Below are positions 13,419-26,424 of a DNA stretch of 64,000 bases, one piece after another; the stretch's first letter is position 1, and every line of letters begins with the position of its first letter. This DNA is from Octopus vulgaris (taxonomy: Eukaryota): assembly GCA_951406725.2 (NCBI GenBank), contig OX597818.1:50902001-50966000 (forward strand). Reading direction: 5' to 3'. A program made the position numbers and the translations under genes. Below the pieces are notes generated by a model. The model ran no database searches, was not told the origin of the DNA, and saw only the letters and a list, made by a program, of their open reading frames with translations.

Positions 13419-13694
13419 GTAAGTTAATTCTAAATTTATTCTTCTGATGCTTTTGTTGTTGTTGTTGTTGTTGTTGTTGTTATTTATTCTGGATAAAAAT
13501 CGACTTAGAAGACCTGTGGACAAAATCATCCCAGTACTTCTCTGTGGCATTTCGTAATTTGAACCACATTAGTCAAGGTATCGCTCCAAATTCAAGACGA
13601 AAGAGTTTAATATGATGGAGATTTAGCTGTTTTTTCTGGCCAGTCAAGCGACCACCCACGGAGAGTGATCTTTGCCTTATATTCATTGTCGCTT

Positions 13695-14077
13695 GTGGAG
13701 GCGCAATGGCCCAGTGGTTAGGGCAGCGGACTCGCGGTCATAGGATCGCGGTTTCGATTCCCAGACCGGGCGTTGTGAGTATTTATTGAGCGAAAACACC
13801 TAAAAGCTCCACGAGGCTCCGGCAGGGGGTGGTGATCCCTGCTGTACTCTTTCACCACAAACTTTCTCTCACTCTTACTTCCTGTTTCTGTTGTACCTGT
13901 ATTTCAAGGGGCCGGCCTTGTCACTCTCTGTGTCACGCTGAATATCCCCGAGAACTACGTTAAGGGTACACGTGTCTGTGGAGTGCTCAGCCACTTACAC
14001 GTTAATTTCACGGGCAGGCTGTTCCGTTGATCGGATCAACCAGAACCCTCATCGTCGTAACCGACGGAGTGCTTCCA
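13695..14077 (+). mobile_element. SINE family B, full length
   Basis: Near identical to 8070-8453. Confidence 0.9.
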
Positions 14078-15051
14078 TACATTTTTGTATTTTCTAGAAA
14101 TGTAAATTAGATTTATATTTTTATATAAAACAAAATTAATACCATCGTAGGCATTTCAAGCCACAATTGATTATTTGAACTACTCTATTTCACATCTGTA
14201 AAGTTGTAGCAATGGATTATTAAAAGATGTGTCTGGTCTTCATAATATTTCTTAATCCTTTGAAGCTATAAAAAAAAGTGTGTGAATGATTTCTTACAAC
14301 AAAAGCATTAATATTTGGACTTAGAGTAAGGGAAATAGGAAGGTGAAATTCAAAATTTCCTCAAGAAAATTGAGATTCAATGTCGTACGATATTTCCGAT
14401 ATAATTCTTAAATGCGATTAAGATTAGCTACACTAAATATTAAGTTTCATGTTGTTCTTTTTTTATTGCTGCCGTTTTGTTGTTTCACATAACGAAATCA
14501 GAAGCTCTTCATGCTCTGTTGTGTGAGTTGTCTACCATTTAAGTAGGTCTTTAAAAGCCGATTTAATCGGATGCATATGAGCCAGAATTTCAGATTTATT
14601 TAACGTTCTTGTTAAGAATGTTTTTGAAATGTATATAAACTTGGATACATATTTTTAATTTTCAGCGTTTGATCTTGATATTTAAACTGTTAAGAGTTGA
14701 TATTAGACCTTGATCTTAGCCATACAACTGAGAAGCAATAAAGCGACTGAAATATTAAAAGAACATTCTAGCTTTCCCTGAGAAGAAACATCGTCAGACC
14801 CCGGATGACTTTAAAAGTGATTCACTGTCTCTCCGTATTATGTTTGCAGGCCAAGCTTAATACTGTTGTTGCAACAGTACAGAAGTGGTGAGGAACAAAT
14901 TACCAAGTTTTAGGAAAATACTGGTCACGAAAATGGTTCTGCCGTGGACCATAGAAAAGTAGCATTTGAACCATATGCGACCTTTGGGCTGCGAATTTGA
15001 GACCCTGAATCTAAAGCTACAATATAAAATGTATCTTTTACGAAACGGTAC

Positions 15052-15402
15052 ACTCTTTTACTCTCTTTTACTTGTTTCAGTCATTTGACTGCGGCCATGC
15101 TGGAGCACCGTCTTTAGTCGAGCAAATCGACCCCAGGACTTATTCTTTGTAAGCCTAGTACTTATTCTATCGGTCCCTTTTGCCGAACCGCTAAGTTACG
15201 GGGACGTAAATATACCACCATCAGTTGTCAAGCGATGTTGGGGGGACAAACACAGACACACAAACACACACACACGTATATACATATACATGTATACGAC
15301 GGGCTTTTTTCAGTTTCCGTTTACCAAATCCACTCACAAGGCTTTGGCCGGCCCGAGGATTTAGTAGAAGACACTTGCCTAAGGTACCACGCATTGGGAC
15401 TG
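15052..15402 (-). mobile_element. SINE family A (5'-truncated)
   Basis: Identity to family A. Confidence 0.85.
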
Positions 15403-15964
15403 TCAAGTACTGGGTTCGATGTGATCAACTATCTCCCTCCCCCAAAATTACAGGCTTTGTGCTTATAGAAGAAAGGATTATTAGATGAAGATTTGACTAT
15501 TATTTTTAGCAGGTTAAACTAGCATGTGGACACTCACTCAACTGTTCGATGGGATTTATGTGTGAGTAATCGGACAAATATTTGATTGACTTCAGATAAT
15601 AAGCTGATAATTACTTTATAAGGCCTGAAAAATTATGAGGTTGGCTCAGGATAAATTGAACACGGAGAAGTGAAATGCCAAATCATGTAACATAAAACTA
15701 CTTGAACCAAACCCAACACTCATCGTTATATTGTTGTTGCTTTTATTTTATTTTAAGCTGGCTTTAAATAAGATTCTAAATAATTTAGACACTTTCCGCT
15801 TGGAAAACAGTTGTTTAGTCAGTATTAACATATTTAATGAAGAGTGCATTAAAAAGCTAATTCATCGAAATGAATAAAATATTAGCCATTGACTCGCCAT
15901 CTTTGCGTGTGTTTGTGTGTACGCGTGTATGATTCTTCACCACGTAATTAGTTTTGGTTAAGTT

Positions 15965-16362
15965 TAAGGCAGCGAGCTGGCAGAAACGTTAGCACGCCGG
16001 GCGAAATGCTTAGCGGCATTTCGTCTGCCGTTACGTTCTGAGCTCAAATTCCGCCGAGGTCGACTTCGCCTTTCATCCTTTCGGGGTCGATTAAATAAGT
16101 ACCAGTTACGCACTGGGTTCGATATAATCGACTTAATCCGTTTGTCTGTCCTTGTTTGTCCCCTTTATGTTTAGCCCCTTGTGGGTAGTAAAGAAGTAGG
16201 TATTTCGTCTGCCGTTACGTTCTGAGTTCAAATTCCGCCGTGGTCAACTTTGCCTTTCATCCTTTCGAGGTCGATAAAGTACAAGTTACATACTGGGGTC
16301 GATCTAATCGACTTGCCTCCTCCTCCAAAAATTTTGGGCCTTGTGCCTAGAGTAGAAAAGAA
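15965..16362 (+). mobile_element. SINE family E dimer
   Basis: Two GAGGTCGACTTTGCCTTTCATCCTTTCGGGGTCGAT-type cores. Confidence 0.85.
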
Positions 16363-16393
16363 TTCATTTTAGTTAAGTTTATTTTTTCACTGT

Positions 16394-16704
16394 ATGGAAG
16401 CACATGGCCTAGTGGTTAGAGTAGCGGACTCACAGGCGAGAGATCGCGGGTTCGAATGTCAGACCGGACGATGTATGAGTGTGTGTTTATGAGCGAAATA
16501 CCTAAGTTCCACGCGGCTCCGGCAGATGGTAATGGTGAGCTTCTGCTGACTCTTTTGCCACAACCTTCTCTCATACTTTCCTCCTTTGTCTAGCAGCTCA
16601 CCTGCGACGGACCGGCGTCCTATCCAGGTGAGAAACCTACACGCCATTGAAACAGGAGAAACTGACGCTTATGAGCCAGACATACCTCGAGAAGGAACAA
16701 ACAA
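16394..16704 (+). mobile_element. SINE family D (B-like head, different 3' body)
   Basis: A box TGGCCTAGTGG, B box GGTTCGAATGT. Similar to 60358-60663. Confidence 0.8.
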
Positions 16705-16859
16705 GTTCTTTTCGTATTCCTTGCATTTAAAACGTCAACACTAACCGATCGATTCAAATAACAGCCATACTGGTAAATTTAGGTAAGTTTGTATTCGTGA
16801 AGGTACGAGAATACTAACTCTTCATTCAATATGACATACGAACATATATAAAATATATT

Positions 16860-17028
16860 TGAGGCACAGGTGTGGCTGTGTGGTAAGAAACTTGCTTCAT
16901 AACCACATGGTTCTGGGTTCAGTTCCACTGCGTGACCCCTTGGGCAAGTGTATTCTACTACAGCCTCGAGCCGACCAAAGCCTTGTGAGTGGATTTGGTA
17001 GACGGAAACTGAAAGAAGCCCGTCGTAA

Positions 17029-17069
<41 letters not shown>

Positions 17070-17279
17070 GTTTGTATGTCTATGTTTGTCCCCCCAAACG
17101 TCGCTGACAACCGATGCTGGTGTGTTTATGTCCCCATGACTTAGTTTGGCAAAAGACAACGATAGAAAAAGTACTAGGCTTACAAAGAATAAGTCCTGGC
17201 GTTGATTTGCTCGACTAAAAGTGGTGCTCCAGCATGGCCGCAGTCAAATGACTGAAACAAATAAAGGAATAAAAGAATT
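16860..17279 (+). mobile_element. SINE family A
   Basis: Identity to family A. Confidence 0.88.
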
Positions 17280-17470
17280 TACGCATATAAAAGAATGGTT
17301 CAATAGTTAAGAAGCTCGCTTGAAACCACCTGGTTTGCGGTTCAGTTCTACTGCTCGGACCTTAGACAAGTGTTTTCTACTATAGCTCCGGGCCGGCCAA
17401 TGCTTTGCGAGTGAATTCAGTAGACGGAAACTGTGTGAAATTTCATAGACGTGTGTGTGTGTCTTTATAT

Positions 17471-17870
17471 GTAGTAGTGGTAGTGGTGGTGGTGGTGGTG
17501 GTGGCGGCGGCGGCGGTGGTGGTGGTGGTGGTTGTGGTGGTGGCTGTCGTCGCGGCGGTGGTGGTGGTGGCTGTCGTTGTGACGGTGGTTGTGGTGGCGG
17601 CGGTGGTAGTGGTAGTGGTGGCGGCGGTGGTAGTGGTGGTGGTGGCTGTCGTTGTGACGGTGATTGTGGTGGCGGCGTTGGTGGTGGTCGTGGTGGCTGT
17701 CGTCGTGACGGATGTGACAGTGGTGGTGGTGGTCGTCGTCGTCGCCGTCGTCGTGGCGGCGGCGTTGGTGGCTGTCGTCGTGACGGATGTGACGGCGGCG
17801 GCGGCGGCGAGTGTGGCAGAGGTGGCGATAGTTATGGCGGAGGCGACAGAGGTAGCGATGGCAGCAGTGG
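17471..17870. repeat. GC-rich compound trinucleotide repeat (GGT/GGC/GTC/GTA)n
   Basis: Directly visible, with internal higher-order duplications such as GGTGGCTGTCGTCGTGACGG. Confidence 0.9.
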
Positions 17871-18231
17871 TCAGAAACACTCTCTCGTAAGAATGAATTA
17901 ACAGAAACTACACGGAAGCCGGCTGTTTAGTCACACACTATTTACTTCGATTCAGAATTTCTCTCAAGATCGATGAAATAATCGATATATTCGTCGTCAT
18001 CAACAAAATATTGCCATAAGCTTAAGTAGAAATTCAGTATCGATTTCTTATACTGGCACAAGGACATACATGGTGTACAGAAGGGGTGGGGATACGGTTG
18101 AGTGAATTGAATCCAGTGCAATGTTATCGACCCCGAGTAATTGAAAGTCATAACAATCAACAACAACATTGAACTCGGGTGGACGGTTAGGCTTTTAGTG
18201 CGATCTTCTAAATCAAAATATTATTTATTAA

Positions 18232-19400
18232 CTAGCGGAATTCCGCCGAGGTTGACTTTGCCTTTCATCCTTCCGGGGTCGATAAATTAAGTACAAGTTG
18301 AACACTGAGGTTGATGTAATCGACTCATCCCCTCCCTCGTGATTGCTGCCCTTGTGAGAAAATTTGAAACCATTATTAACTAATTAATAACGGCGAGCTG
18401 GCAGAATCGTTAGCACGCCGGGAGAAATGCTTAGTGGAATTTCGTCTGTCTTTACGTTCTGAGTTCAAATTCCGCCGAGGTCGACTTTGCCTTTCATCCT
18501 TTCGGGATCGATAAATTAGGTATCAGTTGCGTACTGGGGTTGATCTAATCGATTGGCCCCCTCTCACCAAGTTTCAGGTCTTTTGCCTTTATCAGAAAGC
18601 ATTATTAACTAGCGGAATTCCGCCGAGGTTAACTTTGCCCTTCATCCTTTCAGGGTCGATAAGTACCAATAGAACACTGGGGTCGATGTAATCCACTCAT
18701 CCCAAGATTGCTGCCCTTGTAGCTAAATTTGAAGCTATTATTAACTTGCGGAAAAGCGGCAAGCTGGCAGAATCGTTAGCACGCTGGGCGAAATGCTAAG
18801 CGGAATTTCCGTCTTCACGTTCTGAGTTCAAATTCCGCCGAGGTCGACTTTGCCTTTCATCATTTCGAGGTCGATAAATTAAGTACCAGTTGTGAACTGG
18901 GGTTGATATAATCAACTAGTCCCCTCACCCCAAATTTTAGGCCTGGTACCTTTAGTAGAAATGATTATTAGCTATCGGAAAGGCGGCGAGCTAGAAAAAA
19001 TTGTTAGCGCGCTGGACAAAATGCTTAGCGGCATTTCGTTCGACTTAACGTTCTGAGTTCAAATTACGCCGATTCCGATTTTGCCATTTATCCTTTCAGG
19101 GTCGATAAAATAATTACTAATTTAACCCTGGAGTTGATGTAATAGACACATCTCCTCCTCTGAAATTGTTGGCCTGGTGCCAAAATTTGAAACCAGTATT
19201 AACTGGAGAAATATTTCGCTTAAGAGCGCAACATACAGTCGGTGTGGGAATCGAAACCCTGACCTTGCGTACAACACCCTAACCCTATCGTCCCTCTGGG
19301 ATCGATAAAATAAAATACTTGTCAATTACCAGAATCGATAATATCGATTAATTCCCTCCCGCAAAAATTTCTACCTTTGGGTCTAAATTACAAACCATTA
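18232..19400 (+). mobile_element. Cluster of ~6 diverged SINE family E copies
   Basis: Repeated TTCCGCCGAGGT(C/T)GACTTTGCCTTTCATCC cores, alternating full and 5'-truncated units. Confidence 0.8.
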
Positions 19401-19584
19401 TTAATAAATCGAAGCAAGCTATATTTGACGGATGTTTATACGGTAGTTGTTGTAATTGCGGTGGTTTTCCTGTATCATCGCTACATCCTCCATCCTACAC
19501 CATATACATTGTTCTCTTGGTTTTAGTGCATCTAAGACTACATTATCGAGTGTGTGTGTGTGTCTCTCTCTCTTTCTCTTATGC

Positions 19585-19770
19585 CTTGCTCGCCCTTTTC
19601 AAGCCTAGCCAGTCACATGGGCTCGACTTCCCGGTTTCTGTGGAGTTTGTGTCCCCCATCCCCCCAGCTGGACAGGACGCCAGTCCATCGCAGCGTTGCT
19701 CAAGAAACAGGAAAAAAGAGTGAGAGAAAGTTGGGGCGAAAGAGTACAACAGGGTTCACCACCACCCCCT
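19585..19770 (-). mobile_element. SINE family D-like 3' fragment
   Basis: Similar to the 3' parts of 25199-25450 and 60358-60663. Confidence 0.65.
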
Positions 19771-20000
19771 AATAAACATGTACTCTACTCTACTAAAAAG
19801 TAGTGAAGAATTTTTCAGCTTAATGTTAAATTATCTTATATAAAAACTGACGTAAAAACATTTATATATACTAGCGGAACCCTTGTGATCATGTAAATTA
19901 TAAAATGTAATAGTAAACTTATTGGGTTATTCCTGAAAACTTTATCCAAAAAAACTGAAAGCGTAGCCTGTGTTGTGTCCTATCGTTTATCTTCTAATCA

Positions 20001-20322
20001 GTGAGGGCGCGTGGCTTAGTGGTTAGGGCATTCGGCTCATGATCGTAAGGTTGTGAGTTCGATTCCCGGCGACGCGTTGTGTCCTTGAGCAAGACACTTT
20101 ATTTCACGTTGCTCCAGTCCACTCAGCTGGCAAAAATGAGTTGTACTTGTATTTCAAAGGGTCAGCCTTGTCACTCTCTGTGTCACGCTGATTATCCCCG
20201 AGAACTACGTTAAGGGTACACGTGTCTGTGGAATGCTCAGCCATTTGCACGTTAATTTCACGAGCAAGCTGTTCCGTTGATCGTATCAGCTGGGACCCTC
20301 GTCGTCGTAACCGGCGGAGTCT
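20001..20322 (+). mobile_element. SINE family C (family B 3' body, different head)
   Basis: A box TGGCTTAGTGG, B box GTTCGATTCC, TSD TCTTCTAATCA. Confidence 0.85.
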
Positions 20323-20568
20323 TTAAAATCTTCTAATCATTGAAACGTGAAATAAACTGCAATACGATGATTACTTAATGCACTTCATATATATATACAT
20401 TTTATATACTTTATGCACAATTTTATAGACTTAATACGCAGCACTCATAAAATAAATATTCACTCATATTTTTCCATTTTCCCCATAAACAGAAAAAAAA
20501 TTACGGAGATTTACTTGCATAGCAAGTGACCTGATCTGAGATCGTGTGCTGGAACGAAAACAATTGCA

Positions 20569-20836
20569 GCGTGGAAGAGGTTTATAAGCCATTTAAGAAA
20601 CACACAAAAACCGTTAGATTCACTTCAACATTTAAATTTAATTTGTCAAAATATTTTCGTCGCTTTGAGACCGCGACCTGTTCACTAACAAAATTCAGAG
20701 ATGCAGCACGGAATTTTGTCAGTGAACAGGTTGCGGTCTCAAAGCGACGAAAATATTTTGTCAAATCAAATTTAAATGTTGAAGTGAATCTAACGGTTTT
20801 TGTGTTTCTTAAATGGCTTGTAAACACCTTCCATGC
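20569..20836. repeat. Long inverted repeat (~127-bp arms, 14-bp spacer)
   Basis: 20569-20696 is the reverse complement of 20711-20836 with few mismatches. Confidence 0.92.
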
Positions 20837-21258
20837 AGAAAAAAAATTACATTTTAAAATTTACATGATCACAATTTCATATCTAGAAAACAAAACTTTT
20901 ATTAAAACATTTCATATTTAAAATACAGGGGTCGCTGTTTCACGGGGGTAAAAGTTTAATGCTACATGGCATACTCTAAAAACCACATCTTGGTAACTTA
21001 TAAGCCAAGATGATGGGTCAGAGCCAATACATATTTCAACTTGCGTACACCTTTCAATCCAATAGTTCTTTGCAAACTATGTTCTTCGTGAAAGTTCTCC
21101 CTCTTTTTCCCCTTGTGTGTCAGTGTTGATAACTTTAACTCTCACATCAGATAACTTGGGAACCTTGAGAATGCAACATAAAGCTGGCCATGGCCGAATG
21201 CAGGTTCGGCAGGACAAGCTCCACTTTATCAAATGTCTTCCCTTGTGATTTATTGACA

Positions 21259-21677
21259 GACGTAGGAGTGGCAGTGTGGTAAGTAGCTTGCTTACGAACC
21301 ACATGTTTCCGGTTTCAGTCCCACTACGTGGCACCTCGGGCAAGTGTCTTCTACCATAGCTTCGGGCCGACCAAAGCTTTGTGAGTGGATTTGGTAGACG
21401 GAAACTGAAAGAAGTTTGTCATATATATGTATATATATATATATATGTATGTAAGTGTGTGTGTATATGTTTGTGTGTCTGTTTGTCCCCCCAACATCGC
21501 TTGACAATCGATGCTGGTGTGTTTACATCCCCGAAACTTAGCAGTTCGGCAAAAGACACTGATAGAATAAGTACTAGGCTTACAAAGAATAAGTCCTGGG
21601 GTTGATTTGCTCAACTAAAAGGCGGTGCTCCAGCATGGCCGCAGTCAAATGACTGAAACGAGTAAAAGCGTGAAAGT
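21259..21677 (+). mobile_element. SINE family A
   Basis: Identity to family A. Confidence 0.88.
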
Positions 21678-22263
21678 CATTGCATATGACAGGCGAACGG
21701 GAATTGGTTTCTTTCTAAAGTGAATAGCAAGTTTGGGATGCGCATGCGTCAAGTGATATAAAAAAAACTTAGTTCAATTAAAAAAAATTACTTTTCACTA
21801 TGCACTCACCATCACCACCACCATAATCTCTCACTCTCTCTCTTTTTCTCTCTACCCCTTTTTCTCTCCTCTCCTTCCCTCTCCCTTTCTTTAATCTCAT
21901 CATCCAAACGTCAACCCTCTTCTAAAATTATATTCCTAACTCTCCTCTATATCACTATCTTCAACTAACATTTTTAACCATGAAATAAATATTACGTTCC
22001 CCCTACCACTCGTCATGGACGCTTCTCTCTCTCTGTCTTCTCTCTCCTTTCTCTTTCTCTCTCCTTTCTCTTTCTCTCTCTTTCTATCTCACTCTTCGCC
22101 TAATCCTCTTTTTCTCTCTTCCTCTTTTCTTTCTCCCTCGTTTTCTCTAATCACTTGAAAGCGTCACTGAAGGGCTAAGTAACATAATGACAAGTAGAAT
22201 TGTTATGTGTGTGTGTGTATCTTTTGGTGGTGAATGTCGGCGAAGGAATATTAACAACGATTA

Positions 22264-22642
22264 GTGGAGGCGCAATGGCCCAGTGGTTAGGGCAGCGGAT
22301 TCGCGGTCGTAGGATCGCGGTTTCGATTCTCAGACCGGGCATTGTGAGTATTTATTGAGCGAAAACACTTAAAGCTCCACGAGGTTCCGGCAGGGGATGG
22401 TGGTGATCCCTGCTGTACTCTTTCACCACAACTTTCTCTCACTCTTACTTCCTGTTTCTGTTGTATTTCGAAGGGCCGGCCTTGTCACTCTCTGTGTCAC
22501 GCTGAATCTCTCCTGAGAACTACGTTAAGGGTACACGTGTCTGTGGAGTGCTCAGCCACTTACACGTTAATTTTACGAGCACGCTGTTCCGTTGATCGGA
22601 TCAACCGGAACCCTCGTCGTCGTAACCGACGGAGTGCTTCCA
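22264..22642 (+). mobile_element. SINE family B with 15-bp TSD
   Basis: ATTAACAACGATTAG at 22250 and 22650; short (CCAT)n tail. Confidence 0.92.
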
Positions 22643-23754
22643 TCCATCCATTAACAACGATTAGAATATAGAGAAAGAAAACAATGTTCTGCGAACGAAG
22701 CGCCCTGAAAATATTTGTTCAGCACCGAGTTACGAATATCGTCATGCAACAATAGTCGTCCTAAATGCTGTGAGCCATCGATTGGCCTGTTGAAAAACCT
22801 GTAACCAATGATATCTTATTGCTCACCATATACGACATAGAATGCTAGAATAATAAATAGATAAATATTATCAGCCTGCAGAAAACGATCAAAGTGGGTC
22901 TCGTATTACAGACGTGGTGAAAATAAAAATGCTCTTCCCATTACATTCTTATTTCCCTGTGGAGCTTTGCTCTCATCAGAATTCACTTAGCAAACAACGA
23001 ATGTAATTCGGTCTGGCATTTAATAATGATAATGTTTTCATCACAACAGCAATTTATCGACCTCGTCTCATCGTTTTATTACTTTCATTACTGTGTGTTG
23101 TTTCTTTGTTGAGGTGCTGAGGTGCTAAGTGAGGATAGCATCTATGTCGTTTTAATTTACTGCTTTTACATGTTCTTTTCAATTTGAGCATATATGAATG
23201 AACAAACTTACAGATAGAAACAGCAGCCAAATCTCCTCTAAATTACACTCTCCCGTCATAAACAGGGAAGGATATTTTGTATAATGTCATCCTGGATAGA
23301 GAAACAGAAGACAGTCGGGGCTGAAATATCTTCCTTCATACCTACCCAATCCAGACAGACTTATGGTCAACACATGTGAAAGAACGGGTTACATGACACA
23401 AATAAAACCCCTTGATTGCTTGAGGGGCGATAAGGTGTTTTTGTAAGTGGGCTGTTTTAGTTTACATAGGATGCAGAATAATTATCTATTGTTTAAGAGT
23501 AATTTGATAGGAATGATACACAGAATAAATGGACTCCATTGTGTTAGTTTAGGCTTAAATTTTATGCATTTATTATCGTTCATGATATGACACATCCATC
23601 TTTAATTTGGATCATACAGCAGTGAAACTTAAAAATTGAAGCACAGATTTCATTTTAACCCTTTGCCTGGTCAAAGCAATTTTACAGTTTTTTTCCTAAA
23701 CGTCCATGATTATTTTCAGACTTTAACTTAGTCCTTATTTCAATCGTTCTAAAT

Positions 23755-24210
23755 GATATAAACTTAGATAAACTTAGATATGTTTCGACCAGAGATTGGT
23801 CCAGGCCATGTCTAACTTAATAGCACCACCTGATAGGATTATTCGAATCCTGTTTAAGTCAAGTTTTGTTCAAGTAGTGAGTTCTTGTTGGGTGAGTTGT
23901 ATCCAGTTTTGTTCAAGTAGTGAGTTCTTGTTGGGTGAGTTGTATCCAGTTTTGTTCAAGTAGTGAGTTCTTGTTGGGTGAGTTGTATCCAGTTTTGTTC
24001 AAGTAGTGAGTTCTTGTTGGGTGAGTTGTATCCAGTTTTGTTCAAGTAGTGAGTTCTTGTTGGGTGAGTTGTATCCAGTTTTGTTCAAGTAGTGAGTTCT
24101 TGTTGGGTGAGTTGTATCCAATTATGGGTGGCTTATCTGGTATTCTTTGAAGGAATCTATCCAGACTCTGTTTGAAGTTGATGGGATCCTTTTCCTCTTT
24201 GATAAAGCTT
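23755..24210 (-). mobile_element. 3' fragment of a CR1-group LINE (CR1/Crack/Daphne-like)
   Basis: Minus strand encodes IKEEKDPINFKQSLDRFLQRIPDKPPIIGYNSPNKNSLL (FK..LD.FL..IPD.P C-terminus), followed by a 3' UTR ending in a repeated ATCTAAGTTT tail. Confidence 0.6.
23863..24120. repeat. Minisatellite, 6 perfect copies of a 43-bp unit
   Basis: (GTTTTGTTCAAGTAGTGAGTTCTTGTTGGGTGAGTTGTATCCA)6. Confidence 0.95.
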
Positions 24211-25005
24211 TTCTATCAGAAGTCCTACTCGGGTAGTTGAAAAGAATTGAGAATGCGTATCATATATGATGCATGGACGCCGGGGAAATACGCGCTGCGT
24301 ATCACGTGCAGTACAGAGGACAGATAAAGGATTAAAGGCTGAATAGAAATTATGGTGGAGTTGGTTGTTATTGTGGGATGGTCGAGAGACGGCTCAGACG
24401 TTCATTTGGAGGCTAGGCAACGGATAAATCTCATTAAAAGAAATGAGAAAGTGAAATGTCTTTGGCATCAGCGAATTAGGCCAAATGGCAATTTTTACAA
24501 GTCGCAAATGACTGGTTATTGTAACATTTTTCTTTGAGTGATATGAAAGCCTTTTCGTCGACAGTAAGGGATTGTCTGTAGCTTTTGTTTCATTCAATCG
24601 TTTTATACAATATTTTCGTCCATGTTCTTAAGTCTATGATTCTGTAATGTCAAAAAGAAATTTCATTTATGGTTTTATTGCTATTTAAGTAAAAAAAAAA
24701 ACACATTATCATCATAATAGTAATGAAAGAACATTAGAATCAATAGTATTTGTAGTAGCAACAGCATTTGTAATAGCAGCAGCAGCAGTAGTAGCAGCAG
24801 CAACGGAAAGTAATTAATGTTCGGTTGATAGTAATGCGTGAATAACATTTAGCTGTTATAGATTCAGTTTACTCCGGGAGGTAACAATGTCGATGACGAC
24901 ATCTGAGCGGAGTTTTTTTTATTAAATTTATCTCGAATTATTCGTAAATATAAGCTGAATCGAAGACACGGTTTAGAAAATAGAAGCCTAAACGAGCATG
25001 TACGT

Positions 25006-25089
<84 letters not shown>

Positions 25090-25110
25090 CGTACATACAT
25101 ATATATATAT

Positions 25111-25181
<71 letters not shown>

Positions 25182-25198
25182 TAGATACATATAAACAT

Positions 25199-25450
25199 GT
25201 GGAGGCGCAATGACCCAGTGGTTAGGGCAACGGACTCGCAGTCGGAGGATCGCGGTTTCGATTCACAGACCGGACGTTGTGTGTGTTTATTGAGCGAAAA
25301 CATCTAAAGCTCCACGCGGCTCCGGCAGGAAGTAGTGGCAACCCCTGTTGTACTATTTCGCCCCAACTTTCTCTCACTCTTTCTTCTTGTTTCTTGAGTG
25401 ACGTTGCGAAAACGGGCCCATGAGCCTGGCTAGGCTTGAAAAGGGGCGAA
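25199..25450 (+). mobile_element. SINE B/D variant with internal deletion
   Basis: Family B head, family D-type 3' end, TSD CATATAAACATGT. Confidence 0.8.
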
Positions 25451-25479
25451 TAAATAAATAAAAAAACATATAAACATGT

Positions 25480-25652
25480 ATACTTTATTCAAAAGCAACA
25501 GAACTATCACAAAAACTGCTACTCAGAGTTTCACATTCCCGTTCGTCAGACAGTTTTGTTTAGAATTCTAAACAAAACTGTCCAACTAATGGTGACATGA
25601 AACTCTGAGTAACAGTTTTTGTGATAGTTCTGTTGCTTTTCAATAAAGCATA
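25480..25652. repeat. Inverted repeat (~80-bp arms) centred on TAGAATTCTA
   Basis: Arms are reverse complements with several mismatches. Confidence 0.88.
25512..25557 (-). ncRNA. Minimal type I hammerhead ribozyme motif
   Basis: Minus strand: AAAACTGT-CTGACGA-AC-GGGAAT-GT-GAAA-CTC-T-GAG-TA-GCAGTTTT, giving an 8-bp stem I, intact core and GUA cleavage triplet. Confidence 0.75.
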
Positions 25653-25830
25653 TTACTCTACCTCTGGTATTCTAGTACTATTTTTATCCACCTTGTTTCG
25701 CATTTATGTGCTTACTCCGGTATATACATGTATATACATAGATACACACATACGTTTAAGTATGTAGGTATATGTGATTACGCGTATGTGTGTGCGTGTG
25801 TGTGCGCGTGTGCGTTTAAGTGTCCGGATT

Positions 25831-26080
25831 CTAGTATTCTTCCTATAAGGATGTGGTTAGCATCTAAGTATGAATCAAGGTTTTATCTCTGGAATTTATA
25901 TAATAACAAAGAAAGACTGCGTAACAAGCATTCTGAAAATAAAGTCTATAATCGGAACGGTATGAATATGTAAAATGTTTCAAAAATTCAAAGATATTTC
26001 TTTGTTATTATATAAATTCCAGAAATAAAACCTTGATTCATACTTAGATGCTAACCACATCCTTATAGGAAGAATACTAG
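25831..26080. repeat. Inverted repeat (~84-bp arms, ~82-bp spacer)
   Basis: 25831-25914 is nearly the exact reverse complement of 25997-26080. Confidence 0.9.
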
Positions 26081-26424
26081 AGAATACTATTTTGAACCTT
26101 GTTGCATCATGTCATACTTCTGCTCCCTAATTTCCACAATATCTTTTCCATATTCTATTTCGAGCAAAACCTTTTTTTTCTTTGGAAATATTAACACATA
26201 AGCATTAAGCCTGGTTTAAAAATATAATTTCTACACCCACTGGTGTAGCGTGGGTTTTGCCCTCCCTCTGCGGAAATCAACTTCATCGCCCCTTTCATTA
26301 AACGCAATATACCTCGACATTAGCAAACTCATGTATATAAAATAGTCGTCCTGTGCGGTTTGCACACCCTGTACGTCCCATGATGCGCCACTTCATACCA
26401 TCGCTCCTCCTTGATATTTGTCAC

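Noticed and set aside
17405-17901. Poly-Val / poly-Gly / poly-Thr ORFs
   Set aside because: Open frames arise from a GC-rich trinucleotide repeat; no splice signals or domain similarity.
20544-20921. Mirror ORFs on both strands
   Set aside because: Artefact of the palindrome.
23863-24120. CRISPR-like array
   Set aside because: Units are contiguous with no unique spacers; eukaryotic context; no cas genes.
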